DNA of 64,000 nucleotides from Raillietiella orientalis (GCA_036172245.1 JAYWIR010000022.1:2294001-2358000), one strand, 5' to 3'. Shown: positions 12,440 through 31,379, counted from the first letter of the stretch. Numbers and translations: made by a program. The notes: generated by a model not told the origin, from the letters alone.

Positions 12440-14507
12440 ATGGTAAGTGTTTTTTTCATTTTATGCTATTAATTTTTGGCATTTTATAAAAGTGACTTTA
12501 TTTAGTGTCACATTCACTAAGGTTGATTCGTGCCTGTGATTATGTTTCATTTTGGTTGTGCTTTTGAATCTCATACGTATTACGTATTTATAAAATGAGT
12601 AAAAGTTGCAGTATTTAAATATTGATTCATTAGTTGTTTCTGCAGTTCATTACTCTCTGAAACTTTTAACAGTATTTTCGATTTCTTATCTGACTTTTGT
12701 ACATTTCTCATTTGGGGGAATCGGGTAAAAACAATAGGGTGTTGATGCTTCACAGAATTATAGATTTCTTGAGTATTGGTAAATTGTAATAGTACTGACC
12801 GGTAATTCAAGATACCTTTGTGTTTTTAAAGGGATTTTAATAATCTATTGCAGTTAACAATGTATCATCAATGAAACTTGAAAAAGCGTATCCATTTTTT
12901 AATTTCATCGCTAGTCTGTAAAGTAGTTATTAAATTTAAAAATTTAATACTTTATTTTTTCACTTGAATAAATTGCCAGCTGAATTCGGAACAAGTTTAA
13001 ACTATCACGAAAAAAATGAATTTTGTTGGAAGTATGCAAAGGAAATTGATAAGTCATCTTCCAATGAAATTGAAATCCTACTTATTTAGGGTTTATTTCA
13101 TACTTGTTTTTGTTAATTTGTTTTTTATAAATTGTTAAGAAAAAAAATGCCTACATTTGAAAGTAATCATTTTTATGCTTACATTTGAATAGAGTTCAAC
13201 TATTCAGATATAAATCTTTTAAGGTATTCAGTTTAATTAGTGCTTTGTGAACAGGAGCGTATCTATTTTTCTGGTTTTCGTATTTTTACCAGCAACCGAT
13301 AAAAAGCTTGTTTTTATGAGAATGGTAGCAGGTTCTTGAGAATTTCCTGAGTATTTGTTTTAGTTTCAAAGTGCATTGCACATTTAATCAATGGGATTAT
13401 ATTTATTGAGAAAGTTGTTGCCTCAGAGAGTGATGAAAAAAACCATAGTAAAGAATGAATATTGAATTAATTTCTAAGTATGTTTGAGTGGTGATTTTGA
13501 AAGTAACAAGAAAGACACTCCAAAATCTAGATTCTGGAATTCTAAAAGGTGGTCTTTAGATATGCATCTACTTTTGGGAAATGCAAACGTTCTTTGATAA
13601 TATTTGAGCATCATGGAACTTCAGAAAACAAGTTTTTAAAAGAATAGTAGGGGAAACTGTAGTCAATGATGTAATTAAAGTAGTATCTTCACCATGCAGG
13701 ATATGTGAGTAAAAGAATGAAGCTGTAAAAGCTCAGTTATTAGGTTCAGAGAACATCATAAGTATCAGGGAAAAACTAATAGTTGACAAATGTGAGGCAG
13801 AAGGAAAACAACAATTGAAAAAACAAGAAAACACGAGATTTTTTTGTAAAATTCAGTTTCAATTGCTGAAATGATGTTGAGTTTATGTACAGGTGTAGTA
13901 TTAAGGAAAAGTGAAAATAGCTGTAATCTTAATCATCTATAACAAACAAAATTGAACAGCTTAAAAATTAAACACATTTAAAACTTGCATAATTTGGGAA
14001 TCTGTTTGGCATGAATTGTATATACTTTTATTCAGCTGAGTAATGTTATTGGCAGAAAAAATCCAATTGTTATTTCCGAAAATTCACTCATAAATTTTTA
14101 TTAGACCAAAGGTACATCAAGTTTTGGAAAACGAAGGAATAAAACCCATACCCTTTGTAGACGTTGTGGGCGCTCATCTTATCACATTCAGAAGTCAAGA
14201 TGTGCACAATGCGGGTATCCCAAAAAGAAACTCAGACACTGTGAATATAGATTTGTGAAATCAGACAAATTTATTTTTGAAACTCAGATAACTGGAGTGT
14301 CAAAGGACAACGCAGAAAGACCACTGGAACTGGCCGTCTACGCTACCTGAAAGTAGTGCAAAGAAAATTCAGGTAATGAAATCTCTCATGGATTTTCACT
14401 ATTGTTTCTGTAGGCATGGGTTCAGAGAAGGGGGTGTTCCAGCGCCTCGAAAACGGATTGCTCCTGCAAGTGGTACAAATGCTTCATCGTCTGTACCTAC
14501 CAAATAA
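12440..14507 (+). CDS. RPL37: 60S ribosomal protein L37 (eL37)
   Basis: Exons 12440-12442 (ATG|GTAAGT), 14105-14240, 14288-14372 and 14414-14507 give [81 protein letters not shown]...PTK*, with the C2C2 zinc finger. All introns are GT-AG. Confidence 0.96.
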
Positions 14508-15299
14508 AGTTAAATAAATTATGTCTTTTATTGGAGCTAGTAATTGGTTTATAAGATTTCGTTTCAAGGCTCAAATGTTCAGCAGTTTGGTATAGTTGAG
14601 TTGGTGATGAACATTGATGTATAAGTGATCCCATGGATGGAATTCAAAATCGTACATTTTCGGATTTTCCTTTTTTTAGTGATTTACGATTATGCGGAAA
14701 TAGTTTCTGGTAAGAAAACACCAAAAACATAAGTTGCGACATGGCACTGAAGGAAGGACAAACAAAAGCAATGGTCAAGAATCAAGCGATTTGCCTCTAG
14801 TATTTACATGCCATGCCAGATCAGTAGTTTTTTGTGTCTCATAATGGAATCATGTACTGATTTATTAATACGGAATAAATTTTGCATTACTTTCTCCAGA
14901 TAATATGAGACCACGGGATTTGATTTTGGCATCACTGAGTTTGCAGTCTTTCCGGTGTTCATTTTTTTGTTTTCAAAATCTTTTTGCACTCTTGAACAAA
15001 GCTCGTCATCTTGTTGCATCACTTACCGAGTGTTTTCCCGAAGGTACCTGCATAATAGTGAACGAGTTTAGTGGTGTCTATTGCTTTTAACTATTACCCG
15101 GTTTCAAAACCATTATTTCGTCGCTGCAAATACAAGTAGCGTGAAAAAAAGTCGAATCACTGGAATTTTTTGTTCATCATTTTTATTGGTGCCGTAGCTT
15201 TTTCCCAGTAATTGTGTGTACTAAGGTTTCTTTATAGCAAGTCCATAGGCGAATTTATTTGCTGATCTAGAAGGTGCGTGGCAAGCTCAGATTTGGTCT

Positions 15300-15725
15300 C
15301 ATAATTGGATGGAAGTACCTCCAGAGCCGGTCGAGTGCCTCGCGGCGCACGTGGCTCTTTAACACTGTTCCACGCCACCCGCGGAGGGTGCTTGCTATTC
15401 TTCAAGATAGGGGGGGCGCCCCGGAAGGGGGTCCGCCCTATGAATCCAGAAAGGTTCGGAGTACGTTATTCTCACGTTTGGGCAGGGGGATCGCACCTCC
15501 CACCCTGGTTGTATCCGAAGAGGAACCCCGAAGGGAATCTCTTACTTCATTCTCTCCGGAGGGACACCCACCTAATAGGGAGGGTGGTCCTCTCCATTTC
15601 AACTTCTCCGAAGGGAACCCGGAAAGGATCCGCTAGTAGGAATTTCTTCTCCGGAGGGAACCCTCAAGGGAACCTCTCCTGTTCAATCCCCTGAAGAGAA
15701 CCCCGAAGGGACGCTTCCGAACGCA
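15300..15725 (-). mobile_element. Fragment of the repeated putative LINE 5' module (tandem hairpin repeats plus start of ORF1-like region)
   Basis: Close match to 29210-29426 (opposite orientation), 36487-36780 and 41520-41780. It is a GC-rich island in AT-rich DNA. Confidence 0.8.
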
Positions 15726-16275
15726 CGCTTAAGAGCTCTTACATTCCCAAAAAACCAAAACAAAACTAGATTGGTTTGAAATAGGCCAAGCTCGTGGGAA
15801 CGGAAATAGGGTACCGGGTTGGGGACTGGTGTGGCTAGTCTGTCCTGGTAAACGAGGATGCCTCAGTTTCGAATGTGTGGTTGCCATCATGGAGAAAACG
15901 GGTTCGTTCTTTTCACATGAGGATTTGTCTGCCAGCAGCTGCCTTTTTTTTTTTTTTTCTCGCAACTTTGCAAGAGATGCCGCTGTAAGCTCTTCGGATC
16001 GGTGGTTGAGTAACCACAAGTCTCGGAACTGGATTGTGCGTGCAATATACGTGCCCGGGTTGCATGTGGATGGAAAAAAAAGCTTTGTGATATTTCATTT
16101 CCTTCTCCCCCCCCCTCTCTTTTGTAGTAATAAAGGTACAGAAGGTATTCAAAGTGAAGCTGCTTTATGGATTATACCGTTGGCTACACTGCCGATATTC
16201 ACCCCTATTTGAGATAATTATTTTTCAGTTTTGAGAAATGCTGCAATGAAAGTTCGTTGAATGATATAAAGTTTA

Positions 16276-23123
<6,848 letters not shown>

Positions 23124-23653
23124 GTCTATCATGATTTATCATCAGGTTATTAGAACATTCACGTTTCAACTCTCAGGATGAAGCTTTCGTCATTCTGTCG
23201 GAAACCCGGCTTCCAATGAGTGAATTATCGTATTCTTAAGCGAAACCACGGTAGTAGATGTTAGCAGCAATGATAATTGGGCGCGACTTTGCCTGAAATT
23301 ATTCATCTGGCAGAAATAAAAGCCGGTATTCAATAAACACGTGTCTGTGTTGCAGTCATAACGTGGTCGCCTTTCCATGTGTTTGTTTCTTTCACTGACA
23401 TGGATCGAACATCCATACTTGTTTTTGTTTCTCCTTTCAGCAGCCTCATTTAACCGCCTGCCTAGCAAGAGCCCTACAAGATTTGCAGATCCTGCACGAG
23501 GGAATTCATCCGGGTTTCGTCTCTTCGGCGCACGTCGTGGTCTACGAAACAGTTCTGCATTTGACGTGAATGTGCATCGTTGGGAAGTTGTGTGGAATTT
23601 CGTTTTTCTTGCTGTAGGGGTAGGGCGGGCGCGTGGTGTCAAAGTCTTGTAGC

Positions 23654-25172
23654 TCAGTGGACTTTGGATCTGTCGATGGAGCACTTGCGTGTAGTGACTT
23701 TTCCGTGCGGATTCTGTGGTCTTAGGCAGTAAGAGGACCTCAGGTTCGTCGTCTTTAGCCAGATTTCTTCTTCCTTATGCTTCAGGCAAGCGGTTTGGTC
23801 TGCGAAAGAGCTTTTTCTGTTTCCGTTGCTCTCCGAGGTGCGTCTCATCGCAGTTTGCTAAGCCACAAGGTTAATTTACGTGTGCACTCCGGATGAGCGG
23901 GGACGTTATCACCAGATGAGGAAGAGGGTGGTTTGGTTGATTGCTCCGCAGTCATTTCGAGGGGCACTGGTTCCGAGAAAATGCCGAAGCCATAACGAAA
24001 GGGTGGATTTTCGGTTTGCTTCCGCGGCCGGTTGACGGAGGACTTGTGATCTCTGCCGGCCTGCGAGGTGTGTCTTGGGTTTCCCGTGGAGTGAAGTCGG
24101 GTGCAGGTTTGCTTGCCAGTGACTTGGTGTCGATGCCTGCTTCCGGGTCAGGTCTTTCGGACGGAAACGGGACGTGCCTGCTGCTTCTGGTTCGTTTCAT
24201 CTGGTTTTCGCGCCCAAGCAGCCGTGGCGCTGGGTGTCGAGATTTTTCCCGATAGTTTATTTCACAAACGGATGTTACGAAGTCTCGGTCGTGGCGGGGC
24301 AGGAGGTGTTGGGACGAAATTCGCAAATGAAGAGAGATGGGCCCAATCACCGTATCGTTCGTTCTCGTGTAAACTCGTAGGTGTCGGATGGCTCTTGCCA
24401 TACACCCCCTCCGTCGCAAAGCAGCAGTTCACCACGGCCTCTTTTCGTGGCTTTCGAGTGCTGTCGACCCGCGAATGGGTTGGCTTTGTACCTCAGCGAT
24501 TCGTCGTCACCTTTAGGTGTGCAAAGTTTCACCTGACGGCTTCAGGGATGGGTGGCAAGACACACGGTCAGTGAAAGCTGTCTCCAGCAACAGGCTAACC
24601 GCAGATTTATCTCCTTGGAGCTGGTAGTCGCTGATTGATGGCAGGCGCAGACTAAACTGAAGTGGTCATGTTGGGGAGTGCGAGATCGTGTGAGATAAGG
24701 CGAGTGATCGTACTATGTAGTCTTCTTTGAGTTCCTCCTGTGGAGTCAGGTTATTCGCAAAAAATGTCAGCTTGCGTGCTGGCGGCACTATAAATTTTGC
24801 TAAATTGGCAGGAATCGAACAGTCTGCTACCACGTGTCAAGTGGAGAAATCTCTTGCGGCCAAATGAAAATTTTTCTGCCTCTTTGTAGATATGTGTCTT
24901 GAAGGCAATGTGAACGCAATAAATGCATCCCGCTGTTCTGAATCTGGGAGTGTTTTTTTTTTTTTTTTCTAACAGTGACTTCTCCAGGAGCGATTGATGA
25001 GAAAAAATGAAGACTAATTCTTCTCGCAAAGAGCGGAAGGATGAGTGAAAACCCAACGATTTCATAGTATTCAGAAAGTTCCCTGTGGAGCATCTGGCCA
25101 AGGTAGCATCCAAGGCGATCCTTCGGAGAGCGGAGGAATGGTCTGGTGGATGGAGGCAGGAAGTCTAGGCAG
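23654..25172 (-). CDS. Possible multi-exon gene of unknown function, convergent with SDHA
   Basis: A phase-compatible exon chain can be built by eye: DCLDFLPPSTRPFLRSPKDRLGCYLGQMLHRELSEYYEI | IQNSGMHLLRSHCLQDTYLQR | DCSIPANLAKFIVPPARKLTFFANNLTPQEELKEDYI | FSLRLPSISDYQLQGDKSA | VKLCTPKG. It needs one GC donor. No homology recognised; both ends are uncertain. Confidence 0.3.
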
Positions 25173-28031
25173 TCTGCAGTCAGCAACAAAAAAATTCGTC
25201 CTCGTAGAAGTCAAGCTCTTCAGGATTTTGGAACCGGAACAAGATGGGGAACGAGGAGCTCATCTTGTTGGGATGACATTCGTATGGCGAAAAGCACCAT
25301 TTGGGGTCCAATTTCTGCGACAAAGGAGATCAGGTCAAGTTTAAAGTGTGCCTGCAACACAGCCTCCGTGGTTCGCGGACACCTGATTATGTGCGTTCCA
25401 GTCTTCCGTTCTTTTGCTGCACGGGGGTCGCAAAACCTGCCGGTCTGCATGAGATCCGTGTGAGTAGATCTCTGTGTGAGATCTTCATGAGATCTGCATG
25501 TTTGTTTATCTTTCCTCTCTCTCTCTCTACCCTTTTCGCAAAGCGGAGAAACATCTGCGTCCCGAAAAATGCAGCGTCTTTTAAAGCAGTTCTCTCTTAG
25601 AGCTCACCGGATCGAGTGGCAGTTTTCCGCAGCGTCCGAAGGTAGCGAGCTACTGGGTGGGCCGTTGTAGGGAGCTCGCCTCCCTTCCGCCAGCCTCCTT
25701 CCACAAGATCGGCTCCTGTTTCCGTAAAGGAATTGCAGGAAGAGTACAGTGGCTGCTTTGCTTCGTCCGCCTTCATCGCCGTGGTCGCTCTCGTGGAGAG
25801 CAGCGTTGCGGGTTCTGCATTCGTTCATCCAGACTCGTCCTCAAAAAGTCGTGCTTTGTTGGGGGTCCTGACCCAGGGATACTGCTGGTTTCAACCAAGA
25901 AAGCGATTTCGGGGATTTGTTGGTTTGCCTCTTCGGCTCTCCGGATCTCATCTCTTTGTCTCTTGAATCGTGGTCAGGTTTTGGTCCACAGAAACTTGCC
26001 ATCGTCTTTCTTCCCCTTCGCGAAACCGCCAGCATTCCGCTCTGATGAACTGCTGTTAAAATTTCATTTTATATTTTTAATAAATGAAATTAAGATGTGA
26101 TTTTAAAAAAAATATTGTAATAACATACTGTAAAAGAAAGAATAAGAATTGTAATTGTATATATTGTAAAAGAATTTTGTTGCTAATGGTGTTTCATGGT
26201 ATTCAGTTGCAGTCGGTGTCCGCATACTGTGGAAAGTCAGTCCCTCAGGGGGTCTTGGATAAATGCTGATTTGGCGGTGTAGCGTCTGTTCAACTGCTTC
26301 GAAAAGAATGCCGATCCACGATTAAGGCAGACTGAATTTGTTTCACTGTTTCCAGGTAATGAACTATTCTTCCAAGTAACCATGGCGACAGCTCGCTGCG
26401 GATTTCAGTTGAAGAACCGGAACCATCTCCAAAGCTAGAAACACATTCTACGAAAAGCGGCCCTTCGACAGAGGTGCTCTTTGCTCCATTTCAGAGAAAA
26501 TGGCAGGGCCGTATTGGCACTACATTCAAAGCGGGAAGTGACAGCAAGAAAGATCCCTGACAGCTGGAGCCTTCGTGGATGAAAGATGGTGCACTCTTCA
26601 ACGGCGAGAACGGTAGCGCTCAAACCATGGAATGGTTGAAATGGAGCGAAAATCAACATGACAACAAAAGCCGTTTTCAACTTCCAGTTTATGAACCTTA
26701 TCGTATTACCCACGTGTGACCCATAGGACTCTTGTGGCCAAGAAACTCATTGCCCGCTTTATGCGGGAGTCTACCCATCTGACCCTCCTCGAAAATCCTC
26801 ATCAACAGATGTTAGGTAACGTGAATTTTTTTCAAATTAATCCTCGTTCAAGTAAGTGTGCTTATGCTGAAGCTCGCGTGACGTCTAATACTTATCACAA
26901 TATCTGTGAGCGAGCAGGGGTAATTTATTAGAAGTTTCATTGTATCAGGTAAGCTATGAACTATAGTCTGCCTATCGAGGGGATAGTTTGATTTATGAAT
27001 TGATGGTGCAGGGAATGGAAGGACGGAGCCAGCAGCAACTCTTCCAGGTCGTTATTATTACATTAACATTACTGAACAGCAAAAGTCGATTTACTCATAT
27101 CAAGAAATACTTCTTTGTGATCTGTTGATTTCCACCGGAAGTAGTCGCGAAGATGGTGACGCCGATCCAATCCCATCTCTCGCCACAAACAGCGTGTACA
27201 GGAAAAGGCTGGGTCGTGCCTGGTCTCTGGGATGAAGCAGTCCCTTCGACGTGCAAGAGTACCGCCAGATGGGCAAACCGAGCATTCGCGATTCACCCTG
27301 CAACGTCCGCTTCGCAAGGGGGAAGCCTGGAGAAAGAGCCGCGGGCCTCAGAACGAACCGGGAAGCCACAGTTCCGGAGGGGGGGGGCTGCGGCCACCGT
27401 GTCGGATTGCCGGCAAGATGGAGCAGCCACACGTAAAGAGGCGTGGACTCTGTGTGCTTTGATGTCCCCGGCTGCGAAGGAGCCGGCAAGGTACGCAGCG
27501 CCCCGAGGGGCCTCTCGTTTCAGTTGTTGCGAGCGGTCCGTGGTTGCAAGACCCAATCGGGAGAAGGGGTTTGCAGCTTCTTCCTCTATCTCATGCCTTG
27601 TCGTTCTGGCCAGAAGAAAAACCAAAAAAAAAAAAAAAAACGGGAAATGGGAAAGCAACGTTCTATGGGATTCGGGATGGAGGATTTGTCCCGGAGATCC
27701 CAGGGGAGGGGATACTCACCTGGCTTCGTGTCCACTGCAATCAGGACGGTGGTGGAGCCAGAGTGAGGCTTGATCCTTATGCTCAGATTCCGTTGACCTC
27801 TGCGATAACCCCAGAAGTGGGTCACTCGGAAGCATAATTTTTACGCAGCAAGGCTGAAGTTCGCGCGGACTCTTGCACCAACTGGAGAGGACAGACGGTG
27901 TCCTGTGGACCCCACCCGTGAACAGTGTTCCTTCCACCCTGTCCAAGTGTCCCAGTCGCTGACCGCAATGGGGGAGGAGAGCTCCCAGGCCGAAGTGCCC
28001 CTCTGAGGGAACCGACACACCCAACGGAGGT

Positions 28032-28923
28032 GTGTGCCAGCCGTTGAACTCCAAGGAGGTAAACGCTCCAGCGGTGGCAGCGTCACAGCCAACAATGCCG
28101 AACGCGGCGGCGACAGTGGCGAAGCCCGCCATCTTTGAAACTGCTCAGGTCAAGAAACCCGTATGGAACATCGACCCCGAGGTCACGATGGTGACCTTCA
28201 AGGAGGGGGACCCTGCGGCTCGCGAACGTGAGCGACGTTTACGTCGCTCAGCACGCCGACTTCACGAAAATGAAAACCATCGTTCCGTCCACGACCGACC
28301 CTTTACCGCCTACGTCATCGACGAGGTGCTACAGGAGACGTTCGTCGAGCAAGGCATCGTCCTGAACGGCAGCTCGCTCAGAGGCAAGGCGTCCGCTTGC
28401 CTGACTGAGGTGAGCTGCTTTACCGATCCGGACGGTGTGGGACTTCCTCCCACAATACGGGGAGTTTCAGAAGGTGGCGTTGCGCAGCCACATAGAGGAA
28501 ACCTTCGCGGGCGAGGCGGCGGCCCGCATCAAACAGTTCGGTGGTCCCACATCGACGAACACTCCCCCCATGGGCAACTCCACTACCGGCTGCAGATCAC
28601 CTTCCGCTCGGTCTGTAAGCATTTCAGGCACTGACTCGGCACCTGCCCGAAGGCGAGGTGTTTCGAGCGTAGAGAGCTTTAGGACCACTTCATCAGGCAT
28701 TGCTCGAGGCCGCCGGAGTGCCACTACCGCATGTAGTTGGGCCACACCAAGCATGACCGCGTCGGAGGCCTTGTGGTTAAGGCTTCCGCGCGTGGCACCA
28801 TGCGTCGCGTGTTCGAATACTTCGGCAGAAACTCTGACGCCACTGCGTCGTCGAGTTCCGAGTTTCTCCTGCAATGGTGCTGGTTGGTCGCGACATTCGG
28901 GCGTGGCACCGGCGGTGGATTAA
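28032..28923 (+). CDS. Possible spliced orphan ORF
   Basis: ORF 28032..28634 and ORF 28435..28923 join in frame across a GAG|GTGAGC...TTTCAG| intron (28410-28470, 61 nt): ...FTAYVIDEVLQETFVEQGIVLNGSSLRGKASACLTE|KVALRSHIEETFAGEAAARIKQF. No recognised family. The 3' end runs into the retroelement. Confidence 0.3.
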
Positions 28924-31362
28924 GCCGGAGGCCCCCGATGAAAGCCGGAACAATGGAAGTCGACCTTCGGGTCCTCCCAGGAATCAAGGAGTCCCTCCTG
29001 TAGTGCAACGGAGAGAGGATCCCCCACCGGGGGACCCCTCCGGTTTCAAGATGGAGCAGGAGCCCTCATGGGCACATCTCCAGTTGTTCAAAGGAGCGAA
29101 CCCTCCCCGTTGCGCGGGGGACCCTCCGAGTCGCTGCCTCTTCACCGAGTGCACAAGGAAGCAAGCGAGAGCGATTCCCTGAGGGAAGCTGCAGCGCCCC
29201 TTCTGAGTTTCGGAAGCGTCCCTTCGGGGTTCTCTTCAAAGGAGTGAACAGGAGCGGTTCCCTTGCGGGTTCCCTCCGGAGAAGAAATTCCTACAAGCGG
29301 ATCCTTTCCGGGTTCCCTTCGGAGAAGTTGAAATGGAGGGGACCACCCCCCTCCCAGGGGGTGTCCCTCCGAAGAGAATGAGGAAGGAGATTCCCTTCGA
29401 GGTTCCCCTTCGGAGACAACCAGGGTAAAAAAAAAAAAAAAAAGCGTGGGTGCTGGAGGTGCGCGGCTTGGCTCGTGGCACTGCAGGGGCGCCTTCGCTG
29501 TCTGCAGTGCAGGAAAAGGAGAAGAAAGAGGAGCACCTCGATGCAGTTGCTGACCTGGACTTCACGGAAGCTCAAAAGGAAAGCCCAAGACAAAATGAAG
29601 GGAGAACTTGCTCCTCGACAGAAGAGGCGCTCCCGAGGAGGAGAGGCAGCGAGCAGCAGAGCATGAACAGGAAGTGGCCATGTTCGCGGAAGTAGTCCGT
29701 CCGGACAATACGGAGGAAGAACGGAATGGGGTTCTTCTGCTCCGCATCTCCGCACTCCAGGGCGAGGTTCCAAACACGATGGGTGGGCGAGAAGATGCTC
29801 ATGCAAGAAGAAGGCGCTGTGCACGTGGCAAAAGCCAAAGTCGTCGAGCTGGATCAACAGGTCTTGCAGCCCGCAAGGAAAACAACGAAGCTTGCCCGTC
29901 TTGCACAGAAGAAAGGAAATCCAGACGAAAACACCAGCGACTGCATCGAGCCCGAGAGCGACCTGGGAGAGAGACCATCTGCCGAGAGAAGGCAGACGGC
30001 GTCTCCTAAACAGAAGGAAAAGAAGAAAAGCAAAAAATCTCACGTAAAACACCGATGGATTCCTCCCTGTCGTCAGCCAGGAGCCTGAAGATCGCTTCCT
30101 GAAACATCAACGGCATGTGGAGCCAGGAGAACCTATTAGAGCACGCCTCCTGGCCCAACGAGCCTGCGGATTTTCGTCGTTTCTGTCGGCGCGCGACCGC
30201 AGACAAACACACTGCGGCTTTCAGCTGCGACGCATGGCCGTTGTGGTTAGGGAGAACTCCTGGATCTCCTGCCTCCCCGGGAACTACTCTGCATGGCTGC
30301 ACGAGTCAGTCTCCACGTGGGAAAAGATCCACGTTCCGGCGGGCGCAAAGAACACTTGCCTGAAAAGGCAAGCCCGCTGGACGCTGCAGGAGATCATGCA
30401 GTTCCACGATAAGCTTCTGTGGGCTCTCATTACCCCCCTTGCCCCAGTGCTGCCCTTCCTTGAGAACTCCAGGGACAGCAGCGAGCAGGGGAAATGGAAA
30501 GTGTCCTGCACCATGGACGGCAGGACACAAGTGATAAAGGCGTGGACATCTCGGCAGCTAGCGGATGATGCGACGCCGAGTGTCCCGCCCAATGGCATTC
30601 GACGCTGGGGCGAGCTACTCGGACTATCTCCGGAGGAGATGAAGTGGCCTCCAGCGTCCTGGAGCAGTGGCTCCCTCCCCTTGAAATGGCAGGAGGTGGC
30701 GTTGCTTGTTTTACATTGGGGTTTATACTTTTCAAAGCACGCCTCTCACTGCACACGAGGGGTTGTGGATTCCCAGTGCGATCGGTGCGGGGAAAAGGAG
30801 ACATTCCCTCACCTTCTTGTTGACTTCAGGGCCCTCCGCCCTCTATGGAATCGTCTTGCGGCGGTTCTTGACATTCGTGGCTCCCCAAAGGACATTTTCA
30901 GGCACCTCTTCTCTCGTGACGCCTTGTCTCCGCACGCTTGTGTAGCAGTTCTCTGTTGCATTCGAGGGATCGTGGCGGCTTGGAACGAGACCAGAAGACG
31001 TCAGAACAGCAGGAATGCCTTACACTGGACTCGCCTTTTCGTGCGAAACATCTCCAGGTGGCGCCACTTGGGTGCAGCAAGGACGCAGCTTGTTAGGATC
31101 CTGAAAAGGATCTAGAGGACCGCTCCGCGCGCACTGTGATCCCTTCCCCGCCCTCCCATCCCCAAAACATTAGTGCCCTCTCCACGTTTGAACTTTTTCT
31201 TTCTTTGTTTTTTATCCCAACCCCCGCGCATCGGAAGGACCTCGCCAGTCGAACACCAGCAAGCAGCAGGCTGTCTTGATGCGGTGAGCCTTTGGGTTCA
31301 CTACGCGAAACTTTTCTGTACTTTTATTTGAAAAAAAATAAATGCCCCGGCATATCCGGGTG
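28755..31362 (+). mobile_element. Internally deleted L1/Tx1-type element: tRNA-like head, 5' module, ORF1-like remnant, ORF2 start fused to ORF2 C-terminus, 3' UTR
   Basis: ATG at 30055 gives MDSSLSSARSLKIAS*NINGM (APE N-terminal xSWNxNG motif, TGG>TGA). ORF 30117..31115 then has LPLKWQEVALLVLHWGL...QCDRCGEKETFPHLLVD...RWRHLG. No RT motifs lie between them. The structured 3' end is at 31240-31362. Confidence 0.75.
28759..28842 (+). ncRNA. Degenerate tRNA-like sequence (A/B-box-like) heading the repeated module; not a functional tRNA
   Basis: GCGTCGG-AG-GCC-TTGTGGTTAA-GGC resembles a D arm/A box; GTTCGAAT at 28811-28818 resembles a T loop/B box; CTGACGC at 28834-28840 can pair with the first 7 nt. 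Confidence 0.55.
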
Positions 31363-31379
31363 TAAACGAGAAGGGGAAA

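Noticed and set aside
15500..15725. CRISPR-like repeat-spacer appearance
   Set aside because: Eukaryotic context, degenerate repeats, the same inter-repeat sequences in dispersed copies, and no cas genes.
28759..28842. Functional tRNA gene (His-like GTG loop)
   Set aside because: The anticodon and T stems do not pair properly and there is a ~10-nt insertion before the 3' acceptor strand; kept only as a tRNA-derived head.
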